The notes under the pieces are model-generated. The model was not told the DNA's origin, did not search any database, and was given only the letters and a program-made list of their open reading frames with translations. The translations under genes were made by a program, and so were the position numbers. Shown here in pieces: positions 29,813 to 41,200 of a DNA stretch of 64,000 bases; positions within the stretch are counted from its first letter, which is position 1; every line of letters starts with the position of its first letter. The stretch lies in contig NC_081331.1 of NCBI RefSeq assembly GCF_022539665.2, positions 13,764,001-13,828,000 on the forward strand. The letters are read 5' to 3'. This DNA is from Daphnia carinata (taxonomy: Eukaryota).

Positions 29813-30241
29813 CAGGCTTGCCGTAAGCGCGCTCACAAAATGTGCGAATTTCCCCTCTCGCTTACATTTTTAAGCGGCCGAGCCGCTTAATGGCATTTGA
29901 GCGTGATTACCGCCACGCTTGAAAAAAATGTGCGATCAGTACCCGCTCAAAACGTGAAATTACCACGGAAAATAGCGCCACCTAACGGTCGATACCATAA
30001 CTATTTATAAATTATTGCAGCCGACGCTTTCAAAAACTGCAAGTCATGCACAAGCAAGTATCGTTCCCTAGGCAACCGCCGTATATATAGCAGACAGCAG
30101 ACGGCAGAAGACAAAATGTGCGATAGGGCAGATTTTGAGCGCCGCACCTCAAACACAATTGAGCGTGTTTGGTGATCCGCTCATTGCTTGTTAAGAGGTG
30201 CGGCGCACCAGCTTAAAATTTTAAGCGAAACGGCAAGCCTG
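29813..30241. mobile_element. 429-bp MITE (non-autonomous DNA transposon, hAT-like)
   Basis: 12-bp terminal inverted repeats CAGGCTTGCCGT / ACGGCAAGCCTG. 8-bp target-site duplication TTCCGAAC at 29805-29812 and 30242-30249. The duplicated locus has a single TTCCGAAC (empty site) at 40451-40458. Confidence 0.92.
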
Positions 30242-32034
30242 TTCCGAACCACAGTAGGTTGAAATGTTAGCTTGATAAACATGTGAACCCTACGCTGGTT
30301 TTCGCTTCGAGCATGAACTAAAACCAACCTACGATTAACCAAACATTCACAGTCGATCTGAAAATCGGTTTATGCAGTAAAATCCCTTCCCTTAAGTAGC
30401 ATGCGTCACGTAGCCTACCTGGGAAAGTTGAACGTTGAAGATGTCCGATGCTTCCAAATCCAAGACGTGATTCCGTACGAAGGCGAATGAAGCACTACAT
30501 TTTCTTGAATCAAATACTGAAGGAAATAAAACAGAGCACCAGTCAAAGTTATTTATGATTTCATTAGAAACAGGCAATTGTAGACTATTACCTCAACATA
30601 GTTTTTCAATTGATTACAGTTTTGCACTTCATCAGCAACAAAGGGGCCTTTGTTTATCACAGAAGTATAAAATCCTAGTTGTTTCTTTATTGGAACAGCC
30701 ATCACATATTGCGAGCAAGGTTTGGTGGCAATTACCTATCCAAAGTTTGATAAGTGCTGTTTCATTTTAAGATTTAAAGATAAAGTTTTCACCTGATGTT
30801 GCTTAGCTGGTAGTATTCTGAGTTTACAATTCATTTCTCCCCATAGTGCAAGACAAACTGTTTGGAATTCCATGTATCAAACATTAGGAAAAATATCCAA
30901 TTAACATAGATGGAGAACATTCTAGGTGCTTTTAACTTTCACATGACTTCTTGTGCATTTGTAGCTATTTGGTAACCCTATTTCAATTCAGAATTGTATA
31001 AGAAAGTTAACTCCATAATCTAACAAATTATTTGAATAAAATCTAATTGCCAGAAATAAGCATTACTTATTCAGCCAGCACATTTTCCCAGGTAGCATTA
31101 TCAGCATATGATTTCCTAAACTCTGTTTGGAACATTGGATTAACTAGTTGTTTTGCAAAGTGGTCTTACATTTTGGTGCCCCTTCGTTCCCACGTGCCAT
31201 TTTTCTGTCTAAAGGAATAATCGAAAATGCTCTAGGTTAAAATAAGACAAAACGATCATTTGGCCATGAACTTTAGACACAACAACTCACTTGAATGCCT
31301 ATTGCCAAGCACCATAGTAGAAACAAAGATTCCAAAAACGAAACCATGAATTTCAATTATCCAAATTAGATTTGTTTGTCACACTAACACTTATTTCACA
31401 GTAAATCACACACAAAGAGGATGACGAAAGGCCGTGCTGAGTGTGTGCTACGAAGTACGAACTTCGAATTGTAATATTTTCTTGACTTTTGATTTCCCTT
31501 CCTCTCTGTCTACCTCACGTTGCCAACTTGAGCAGTTATTTAACTATGATAATTATTAGAACAAATCAAATCATTGATTCGTTGTAATATGGTATGCTGA
31601 GAAAGTAAAACGTAATGAAATACAGTACAAGAAATTGCATTCGTCTTTGCCGAAATTTACCGATTTGAAAAGCATTGAACTTCGTGAGAAGCGGGGCAAA
31701 AGGTTTCGTGTTAGGTATGATCAAGTTTGGCTAAGAATTGCTGTTGTTATAAAAAGCTAATTACATTTTGCTGGTTGCAGGTCGTGGCTCTCTTTTTCCG
31801 TAACTCAAAAACTTTAACGATACTTAGTCTAAAGAGTTCCTTTAGTTACCTCTTAATCAGTAGGGTTGCATAAGTTGACTATCCCTTTAGAAACGACTGA
31901 ACGTCGGTGGCGAATGTCAACACTTTGATTCAAAATTGTATTTTGAAAATCAAAATATAATGCTGGTATACAAAGGGGAAAAACTACATGTTGGGTGTAT
32001 TAAATAGTAGAACATCATTTACTCACTAAGAAGT

Positions 32035-32772
32035 TTATCCCAAAAAGGTGTCGGCTGGAACGGCACCTTTTCCGTACTGGGCCAAGGTATTCATAAATGA
32101 AGGGCCACTGTAGGGGGTGAGGTTGTTTAAATATGGGATAAAACTACCAGCAGATGGTTGGGCGGCGTTGGGCATCTCGTTTTGATAGGCAACGTATGGA
32201 ACATTGACGTAGGGGTTCCAAAAAGTAGGGACAGTGACGGGAAGTGGACGTTTCTGATTATTAGGGTTTACAGCAACTTTAGCAATGGAGGATACTGGAG
32301 AAAACGCAAAGCTTTCGTCAAAACCATTGATTTGTGGCATATCATAAATTCCTAACTGTTCCAGTACGCTCTTCAAGCTGTCAACCTTTGCTGTTGTGTT
32401 TTCGGAACGGAAAGGGATGGTAGGCGACGGGCAATTAGTGGAAGTAAAGACGCACGATAAGTACATATTGATGATTCTCTGAGTACTTTCCTTACACATT
32501 CGACTTATAAGATTCAAGTTTGTGACGAGAGCATTGAATGCATTGGCATTTCGACTTTGTTTGTCGTCAGCAGCAACTGGAACTGAATTCGTCAATAATG
32601 GCTCACGAACGACAGTAGAAGTCTCAAGAGGGATAGATGCTGCTAGTGCAGTGGCAATGATTGGAAAAAGAATGATCTGTTCAAATTCACAATGATCACA
32701 TATTATAAGATGCATATAGTTAAGTTCAAGTAAAACAGCTTTACGTTGCAATATACTTACCAAAAATTTCAT
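32035..32772 (-). CDS. Uncharacterised secreted protein (~217 aa after splicing), family copy A
   Basis: Exon 1 MKFL (32772-32761), 84-bp GTAAGT..CAG intron, exon 2 IILFPIIATALAASIP (signal peptide). TATAAAAA at ~32855-32848. Confidence 0.75.
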   Translation of the reverse strand: MKFLVSILQRKAVLLELNYMHLIICDHCEFEQIILFPIIATALAASIPLETSTVVREPLLTNSVPVAADDKQSRNANAFNALVTNLNLISRMCKESTQRIINMYLSCVFTSTNCPSPTIPFRSENTTAKVDSLKSVLEQLGIYDMPQINGFDESFAFSPVSSIAKVAVNPNNQKRPLPVTVPTFWNPYVNVPYVAYQNEMPNAAQPSAGSFIPYLNNLTPYSGPSFMNTLAQYGKGAVPADTFLG

Positions 32773-35201
32773 GGTGATTCTTGTTGTTTAAAGTATACGG
32801 GAAGATCGTTCGTTGAATACTGAATATCAAAGGGTCTACTTCTCGGGTTTTTATACACCGAGGAAGCGAATGGCAATATCACCGTAAGCATGTCATTTTA
32901 TACGAATAGAATATTACTTACAATGTCTTGACCAGCGTAATTGCCTCCTATACGATTTTCTTCCCCGCTCAAAACAAGATGAAAAAAAAAACTGGTTTAG
33001 AGTTCATTATATGGTTCCATCATACTGGATCCAGTCCAGCTAAAATGCCCCGACTCCTTGGTCAAAGCTGAAGATCAGACAAAGGTGAACTTGCATTTTT
33101 GCATACACGATGGCATGAAGTCAGTGATCTGGGCAAGTTCTCCGCCGGACCATCTGCGCATAGTATTGAGCAGCCAACCCAACTGATTCAACTTTATACC
33201 ACATTCACCGCCTCATTTATAAAGATGCCCAGTTTTAGAACCATTTCGTTGATCAAAAGTATGAAAAAAACAAGGCGAAAACCTTAATGCGCTAAAAAAT
33301 GACACCTTGCTGTCAGGCTGTTGGCCATTTTCTGTATAAATGAAAACCTAGTCAATACTTTCCCAACATTAAGTTTTATTGAATTTACGGTACGCTTATA
33401 GAACCACACTAGGTATTATCAATATCTTTTCGTTAATTGGGACCGTCTCGAAAAGGAGGGGCGTGTGAGAAGTTTGGTCTACCGGGCAAAATTGTGTCCA
33501 TGACGGATGGTTCGTGAGGCAAGGTCAGGCCAGCCAAGTACATCGGATAAAATTAGCAACAGGTAAATAGCTGCCTTCAGCATTGGCTTGCTGCACGCGT
33601 GTTCACAACGCGGGGAATTTTTATTTCAAGGTTCTGCAGGGCAGGATCAAGCGTCTGGAAACAGCCGTGCTGGATCATTTACAATGGCAGACGATGTGTT
33701 AACTAGGCAGACAGACCAAGAGTATTGTAGAAATTTTTGTTTATACCAGTTTTCTGTTAAGAATAGAGTCGACAAAGATTGATGAGGTCAAGTTGAGTTG
33801 CTGCCCACCTATTCAAGTGAACTCTGGCCGAGGCATCAACATTTGTTGCTGATTTTTCCGGAACACATGCCCACGGTGGAATGCATAATCACAAATTAAA
33901 TAGTATTTAATTATAGCTACATTATATATATTGCCAGACCATACAACAGTATGGTGAGTAATGTAATTCTATACGAATTTTGATTGGTTACTAGTAAGAA
34001 ACGCATAAATTTAAGGCGAAATAGGAATTGGTATTTAAATAGCAGTACAAAAAGAAACCTTACCATTCAGTTGAAAATAACAATTTACCAATGATTAACG
34101 AAAAATACTACTAAAGCTAATTAAACTTTAGTGCAATAATAATATTTACCGAGCACTTTACGGTGGCACTTGCAGTCTTAATTGAGATGGAACACGATTC
34201 ACCAATAAAACAAAATTCAAATAGGATATTTGTATGGTAATGCATACAAGGTATTCCGCACATACACAAATAGAAGAACAAAGTCTGAACCGGTTCCATA
34301 AAGCCTAGTGCCCACTAATTCAGGTTTCAATACTCTTGGAGGTATAAGCTGAAAGGTGAGAAAATGTGTTTCGAAATCGAAATGCTTTCGAATCGTTATT
34401 CGAATGCACAACACTTAAAATTCAACTGTCACATTAGAGAGGCATCTAAACCACAGAGGTAATGTACACGAACTAACTAGACATGGTAAAAAATATGTAG
34501 CTCAGTCTCAGCAGTAACCTATTGAAGTTGAGACTGAAAGGTGAGACAATACGATATGAAGAAAAAAAAAGAAAAGGAGAGAAAAATGAGATAACGGCCA
34601 TTATGGATTTTTTGTGACCCTTCCCACAGCTCTCGTCGCTTACAAACCCATGACTAAAAAAATTGTCAGTTTCTCGGAAAACCGTCTAGCAAAAAACAAA
34701 AAAGAAAAAAAAAGGAAAAAGGAAAAACCAGTGACCGATGAGAGAAAAAAACAAGAGGAGTGCACTAATTTAGAAAACGACATTATGTCGGAGCTGATTG
34801 TCGCTATCAAATTGTTTTAGTAAATTCGCTATTTGAAACGAAGATTTATTAACAGCGGAGACTTGGACTCATGTAAAATTTTTATTGTGAATCCGAATGA
34901 TGAAACTTGAAAAATAATTTGGACTGATTACTGTCTTAGACATTTTCTTAAGTGCTTATCCCTCAGTCCGTTCTCAATCAATATCCAGCATTTCACATCA
35001 CGATGTACCTACACATCATTCAGTCGCATCGCAATACTCTTCCACAGCAAATCAACGCCGAGCACCCAACATCGACGCAACAACTCAATTTCATAAAGAA
35101 CTACATTAAATTTCAAACAATCACGTTTACTAGATGGTATCGGCTTTCATAGATGAAGTACATGGCTTTAAATTATTTATTCAATTGAGAGTTTCATTAA
35201 T

Positions 35202-35913
35202 TTAGTAGATCTTGTAGCCTTTACCGTTGAAAGGGATGTGGACAGGCAGTTCGTATTCGTGGACGGGAGCGACGGGCAAGTGATCACCTTTGGGTTGAAA
35301 TCCGGCTTCATCAGCGGCCCAAGTGAAAGTGAACTTCTGACCCTCAGGAGAAATCCAGTAAGAAGATCCTTTGTTGGTGTTGCCAAGGACTTCGCCGTAA
35401 GATTCTTTTCCATAAGAATCATAGGTGACTCCTTGCATCTTCTTCTGGACCTGAGACTCTTCACGGGTGGTGTAATCAGACTGGGCGTAGCTATAAATTG
35501 AAACAATTCAGTTTATTAGTATGCGAATCTTGGATCCCCATATTAAAGGGATACTGAATGAAACTGACTTACCTCCATTGGCTACTGCCATCGATGTTGC
35601 GTTCATCAGATTGGCTGGTGACGGTAATGGCAGCGTACTTGTTATCCTTGTAGGCTGGTGCGGAGTAAGCTGGTGCGGGGTAGGCGGGCGCGGTGTAGGC
35701 TGGTGCTGGGTAGCTAGGAGTAGGGTACTTTGGAGCGGGGTAGCTTGGGGCTGGATAACTGGTAGCTTTGTATTCCGGTTTGAAGCTGGATGGTACGGCG
35801 GCAGCAACAGCCAAGAATGCGGCGACGAAGAACTATCGGAAAATGCCGTTATTAATTTTAAGTCCAAAGTTTTTTCCACTTTAAGAAGAAATAAAAAGCC
35901 TTACCAGCTTCAT
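35202..35913 (-). CDS. Cuticular protein, R&R (chitin_bind_4, RR-1-like) family, gene 1
   Basis: Exons 35913-35905, 35832-35573 and 35490-35202. Signal peptide, YPAP/YSAP repeats, and GSSYWISPEGQKFTFTWAADEAGFQPKGDHLP R&R motif. Confidence 0.9.
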
Positions 35914-36017
35914 GTTGTACAATGTTAGTTTGGTAAACAACTGATGCTTTTTTGTTCTCCATTCTTGGGCTTTTATAGTCAAGTGAATGGTAAGTAACAT
36001 GTAGTCGGGCATCTAGT

Positions 36018-36030
36018 TGACCTAGTTATT
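36018..36030 (-). promoter_or_regulatory. RORE-type nuclear-receptor half-site (AACTAGGTCA) upstream of cuticle gene 1; equivalents at 46228, 50705, 52478, 60141
   Basis: An A/T-rich 5' extension plus RGGTCA lies ~30-45 bp upstream of the TATA box of all five minus-strand cuticle genes. Confidence 0.55.
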
Positions 36031-36575
36031 TTGGCTGCTAGCTTTCGTTCTAGTAACATAGGTGTGGGCGTTGTGCAAAAATTCTGCACTCTCACTTTTC
36101 ACATTAGACACTTTGCAAAATGTTTCCCTTCTTTGCGATAGCTCTATCTGCCAGACCGTCTACAATTTCACATTTCAATAGCCCAGTTTTAGACGAAAGT
36201 GCTAGAATTTGCCAAATGCATTGAATAAAAGTGCTGAATCTCTTAAAATTGGTATATTGATTTCTTTCTACTCGTTCAAAGTGAACATCTTCGCGTAAAT
36301 CAAGAGAAAGGTTATTAATTGCTCAATAAACCAAAGCAGAAGTATAAGCAAAAGTACGTAGATGTTCCTACCTATTCGCCGCATGCAATCACTGCATTGC
36401 AAGAGCCATGGCCTGGAATGCAAACCATAGATAACCACCAAAGGACGGTGATCATCGCTTTCAAAAGTAGGTTGTTAAATGAAATAGAAACGACACACCC
36501 TTTTCTGCCGGCTACATAAGCCCGTGTGATTGTGATTCAAGTCATCAGTTGTTCAAATCATCAATAGTACTCAAC

Positions 36576-37329
36576 ATGAAACTAGTAAACGGAATTTTAT
36601 ATTTGATTTTGATCTTAGAAGTTTCATCTCTTATTAACAAGTTTCGATTTCTTTTCGTGTAGTTTGTCCTCGTCGCTTTCTTGGCCGTCGCTGCCGCTGT
36701 TCCATCCAGCTACAAGCCGGAATACAAAGCTCCCAGTTACCCTGCCCCAAGCTACACTACACCAAAGTACCCTACACCGAGCTACCCCGCACCGAGCTAC
36801 CCCGCACCAGCCTACCCCTCACCAGCCTACCCTACTCCCAGCTACAACAAGGACAACAAATACGCTGACATTACCATCACCAGCCAATCTGATGAGCGCA
36901 ACCTCGATGGAAGCAGCCAATGGAGGTAATTCAACTTAATTCTTTACGTTATTACCATAGGGTTTAATAATTCTTAAAAATAAATTTAATTCTTTCACCT
37001 ATAGCTACGCCCAGTCTGACTATACTACCCGTGAAGAGTCTCAGGTCCAGAAGAAGATGCAAGGAGTCACCTACGATTCTTACGGCAAAGAATCGTACGG
37101 TGAAGTCCTTGGCAACACCAACAAAGGATCATCTTACTGGGTTTCGCCTGAAGGCCAAAAATTTACCTTGACGTGGACTGCCGATGAAGCCGGTTTCCAG
37201 CCCAAGGGTGATCACTTGCCCGTCGCTCCCGTCCACGTTTACGAGCTTCCAGTTGCTCCCGTCCACGAATACGAACTCCCGGTCGCCCCCGCTCTCCCTT
37301 ATGCGCGGCGCACTGGACTCGGCTATTAA
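36576..37329 (+). CDS. Cuticular protein, R&R family, gene 2
   Basis: 3 exons (MKL / FVLVAFLAVAAA... / YAQSDYTTREES...). R&R motif; C-terminus PALPYARRTGLGY. Confidence 0.9.
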
Positions 37330-37521
37330 AATTTAAACATTTCGTTAGTGATATCTATGCGATGCGACCTATGCAGGCCTAACTTATTCTAATTATGTTC
37401 AAATAAACGAATGGAAACGGAACACATTTCAAACATGAAACTTGTTGCTCCTAAAAATTATTGTTGTGATAGGGAACAAAATAAAATTACAAAAAAGATA
37501 TACCTGGATTTTGTTACTCAT

Positions 37522-37535
37522 CTGCCACCTAGCGG
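37522..37535 (-). promoter_or_regulatory. CTCF-like motif CCGCTAGGTGGCAG; equivalents at 47730, 54149, degenerate at 61781
   Basis: Matches the CTCF core consensus and lies 278-295 bp upstream of the TATA of each candidate ncRNA copy. Confidence 0.5.
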
Positions 37536-37826
37536 CTGAACGCGGAGAAAATTCCCGATCTTTAGCGTTCCATTCACGCACGGTGATTACGTCATACAAA
37601 TCTTATATTTTGCATTTCCACGCATAATTATTGTTCTTTAATGCATTCTATCTTATTAAAGCAACAATGTAAAAAGGAAAAAATAAAGTTCATTTCTTGT
37701 TTTCGTCAATTTAGTTTATTATGTTTGCGAAATCTAACAAAAACGTGCAAAAAACACCACTTGTATTTTGTAAACGATGGTTGCATCGTCTGGGAACGGT
37801 ATAAAAGACTTGATAAAGCACTCCAA

Positions 37827-38247
37827 GGATAGTAACGGTGTTAGCTCGCTAGCACCGTTACGGTGGGATGCCATAGGTTCAACTATGTGCGATGGTATAC
37901 GGTGGCTAATATGGTGATGGACGTAGTCCGACCATTTGGAGATTGTCTGACGCTAATTCCAGGTCGAAATGGCTTCAAGACTATCGTAAAGATCCACATT
38001 AGCTACAGTATGCTATCACACATGGCTGCACTCATGGTAAATGGTGGCTATATGGTGATGAACGTAGTCCGACCATTGGAGATTGTCTGACGCTCATTCC
38101 AGGTCGAAATGGCTTCAAGACTGCGGTAAAGATCCATATAGTCTGAACAACCTTGGCTCGACTGAAAGCGAACGCTGTACCCCTAAATGGAGGAAGCTAG
38201 GAGTCAACACGGATTATCGGCCGGTAATTCGACCAAATCCCACTTTT
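37827..38247 (+). ncRNA. Candidate structured ncRNA of unknown family, copy 1
   Basis: TATAAAAG at 37800; 5' hairpin 37832-37861; GTGGGAT/ATCCCAC closing helix; two ~141-nt internal repeats; TTTTGTTTTT end. Confidence 0.6.
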
Positions 38248-41200
38248 GTTTTTACATTTTACCCGTTCATCCTGCAACGTACCTGCGTAAGTAGTATGCG
38301 TAACGCATAATATACAAGCTTTAAAATATTGATTACGCTTTATTTACCCTTGATTTCCTATGACTTAGTTCTTTAAGGCGTATTAACACTGTGTATGAAA
38401 TTTATTGCCTGGCAAGAACGTGTCCTTGGATGGTTTGCTGGACATACCCCTATACGTTAAATAATAGAATGAAATTATTAATAGATTTTTGTTTTCAGGA
38501 ACGCGTTAAATTCTTATATTACGGTTCTTTCAGAAAAGGCTAGACAATGGAAAACGACCGTGATGAATCATTTTTGCATAATAATTTATCTAACGCAGGA
38601 GCGAGCAGGATGGTGAAACTCTTATCTTACCTAGTGGGCTCTTGGCGATAAGTTGATAAAGATTTAATAGGTCACGGTTACTTGTTGCCAACCCGTTCAA
38701 GTCGAAACTGGTCAAAGCTTCAAATTTTGCATTTCACTTGCTGGAATGCAGGTGAAATATTTCGGCATAACGAGGGATTAGTGGCGCACAAAATCAAGTC
38801 ACAAGTGAAGTTGAATTTCAGCCTACATCATTTAGTAATATAACAACATTGCAACAACTTGCACGATTTTATGAAATTTTTGAGAGACTAATCTGGCTCA
38901 TAATTTTGAGGCCAGAGCCGACGGCCTCCTGCAAGTTTCAGGTGGAACAGGTAGTACTGATTAAATGGCAGTACCAAAAGAAAGACGTTTCCATAAAGTT
39001 AATAGTTGCATGTTGCCAATCACTAACACAAGCAAAATTTTGCTCGAAAATTAAAACATCCACAATTTTTTTTGTTGAGAACGAGATGCACGACACGCAG
39101 TATTTGACTGTACACTATGGAATTACCGAAATTATAGAGATACAAAAGTTAAACTGTTCGCGCTGGTAAAAATGACATGTGGCATGGTTTCAGTTAATAG
39201 TTTTGGAGGTAGAGGCTGAAAAGTGAGAAAAAATTGAAAGAAAAAGAAAGGAAGCGGCCATCATGGATTTTTGATCCCCTCTTCCCCCAGTTCCAATATG
39301 CGGATGTTTTCTCTACCTTAAGAAATGCATTTTCTCGAAACTGTTGAACCAAAAAGAAAGTATAAATAATAAAAAAGTGGCGGGTGGGGTATGAGAAAAA
39401 CAATCACTTGAAGGCGCTAAAATGGGTGGAGCAATGGGGATAGCGCACTCGAGCGAATCAACCACGGGAACTTGGGTGGGAAATAATAATTATATTAATG
39501 GATTATTACCGGGCAGACGGTACGCTGTCGTCATTCGCACGTACAAGAGAGAGAGACTACGTCGTAACCGAACTTGACTACATCTAAAGGCCAAGAGAAA
39601 AACGCTGTCCGCCTGTTTCAGCAATAAAACGTCTTTACATTTCACGATCATTCACTTGGTGAGATGCTATAGTGAAAGTAAAAGAGGATCGATTCGTTGA
39701 ACTGAATAAAGGGCTTTCAAATTGATGGCGCTATGGGTCGTTGTAGACGGTTGGATGCTACCCAAGCACCGCCAGTTCATCCTTAACGAGGCAGAAAACA
39801 TGTGTAGCATGACGTTTGTTGGCGTGGTGAAAGGAGGTGGCTACAAATAGGCATGCCCGGCTAAAAACATTCAAAATTGGCAGCTTATAGGATCGTATAA
39901 AAGGTATTAAAGCGATACCGCTATAGGCAACAGGGATGAATTAAGCAAAAAACTTGGACGAAATAAAAAATGATTGGTACGTTTTAACAGTACAGCGTCT
40001 CTGGCAGGACGTGCTGGACACCACAAAAGTCGATATAAGAACGCGACCCACCGAATGGGACAAACACTTGCACTCGAATCGTCTTCTTAAAATGTCGGCC
40101 TTGCCTTTCTCCTTTTGTTTCATCGCTCTCTTATGCGCACACGTGCAGGCATTTCATTATCGATGGAGCCATCTACATCCAGGTAACTTTGTCGGGGTCA
40201 ACGTCGGTTTCGGCTACTGTAGCGCGTCAATAGAGCAATGGAAATGCATAATACCTTTCGAATAGCGTTGTGAAGGTCTTTGTTTTGATTGAAAAACTAG
40301 AATCGGATGTGCTCGTCGAGGACACAACTATCAGAATAATAATTGAATTAACTAGCCGAAATAATTGAATTCGTAAAAAAATTTAACTGAATTGGTAAAC
40401 TGTAGCCCAGCCTGTACGTGTAGCAATCATCTTTTTAAATTTCGAACTAATTCCGAACCACAGTAGGTTGAAATTTTAGCTTGATAAACATGTGAACCCT
40501 ACGCTGGTTTTCGCTTCGAGCATGAACTAAAACTAACCTACGATTAACCAAACATTCACAGTCGATCTGAAAATCGGTTTATGCAGTAAAATCCCTTCCC
40601 TTAAGTAGCATGCGCCACGTAGCCTACCTGGGAAAGTTGAACGTTGAAGATGTCCGATGCTTCCAAATCCAAGACGTGATTCCGTACGAAGGCGAATGAA
40701 GCACTACATTTTCTTGAATCAAATACTGAAGGAAATAAAACAGAGCACCAGTCAAAGTTATTTATGATTTCATTAGAAACAGGCAATTGTAGACTATTAC
40801 CTCAACATAGTTTTTCAATTGATTACAGTTTTGCACTTCATCAGCAACAAAGGGGCCTTTGTTTATCACAGAAGTATAAAATCCTAGTTATTTCTTTATT
40901 AGAAGAGCCATCACATATTGCGAGCAAGGTTTGGTGGCAATTACCTATCCAAAGTTTGATAAGTGCTGTTTCATTTTAAGATTTAAAGATAAAGTTTTCA
41001 CCTGATGTTGCTTAGCTGGTAGTATTCTGAGTTTACAATTCATTTCTCCCCATAGTACAAGACAAACTGTTTGGAATTCCATGTATCAAACATTAGGAAA
41101 AATATCCAATTAACATAGATGGGGAACATTCTGGGTGCTTTTAACTTTCACATGACTTCTTGTGCATTTGTAGCTATTTGGTAACCCTATTTCAATTCAG

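Larger units (their letters stand above)
29711..39420 (+). repeat. Tandem segmental duplication, copy 1
   Basis: Near-identical to 40358-~49510 (offset ~10,209 after the MITE). Identity falls visibly after ~38290. Confidence 0.92.

Noticed and set aside
37930..37975. Hammerhead ribozyme or retrozyme in the internal repeats (CTGACGC...GAAA)
   Set aside because: The core is CTGACGC, not CTGANGA, and stems I and II cannot be formed.
37900..38140. CRISPR-like or other prokaryotic array
   Set aside because: Only two ~141-nt modules, no spacers or cas genes, and an intron-rich eukaryotic context.
37915..38145. Group I intron R/S-like words (TTCAAGACTA, TAGTCCGACC, TATAGTCTGAAC) or box C/D snoRNA (GTGATGA...CTGA)
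   Set aside because: No P/Q elements or host gene. GACTA/TAGTC is explained by local hairpins. Box C is intact in only one of two modules, and these words are absent from copy 4.
37827..38247. Telomerase RNA identity for the candidate ncRNA
   Set aside because: No template longer than one TTAGG unit. Only CCCCTAAA is present, and it is not conserved in copy 4 (ACTCTAAA).
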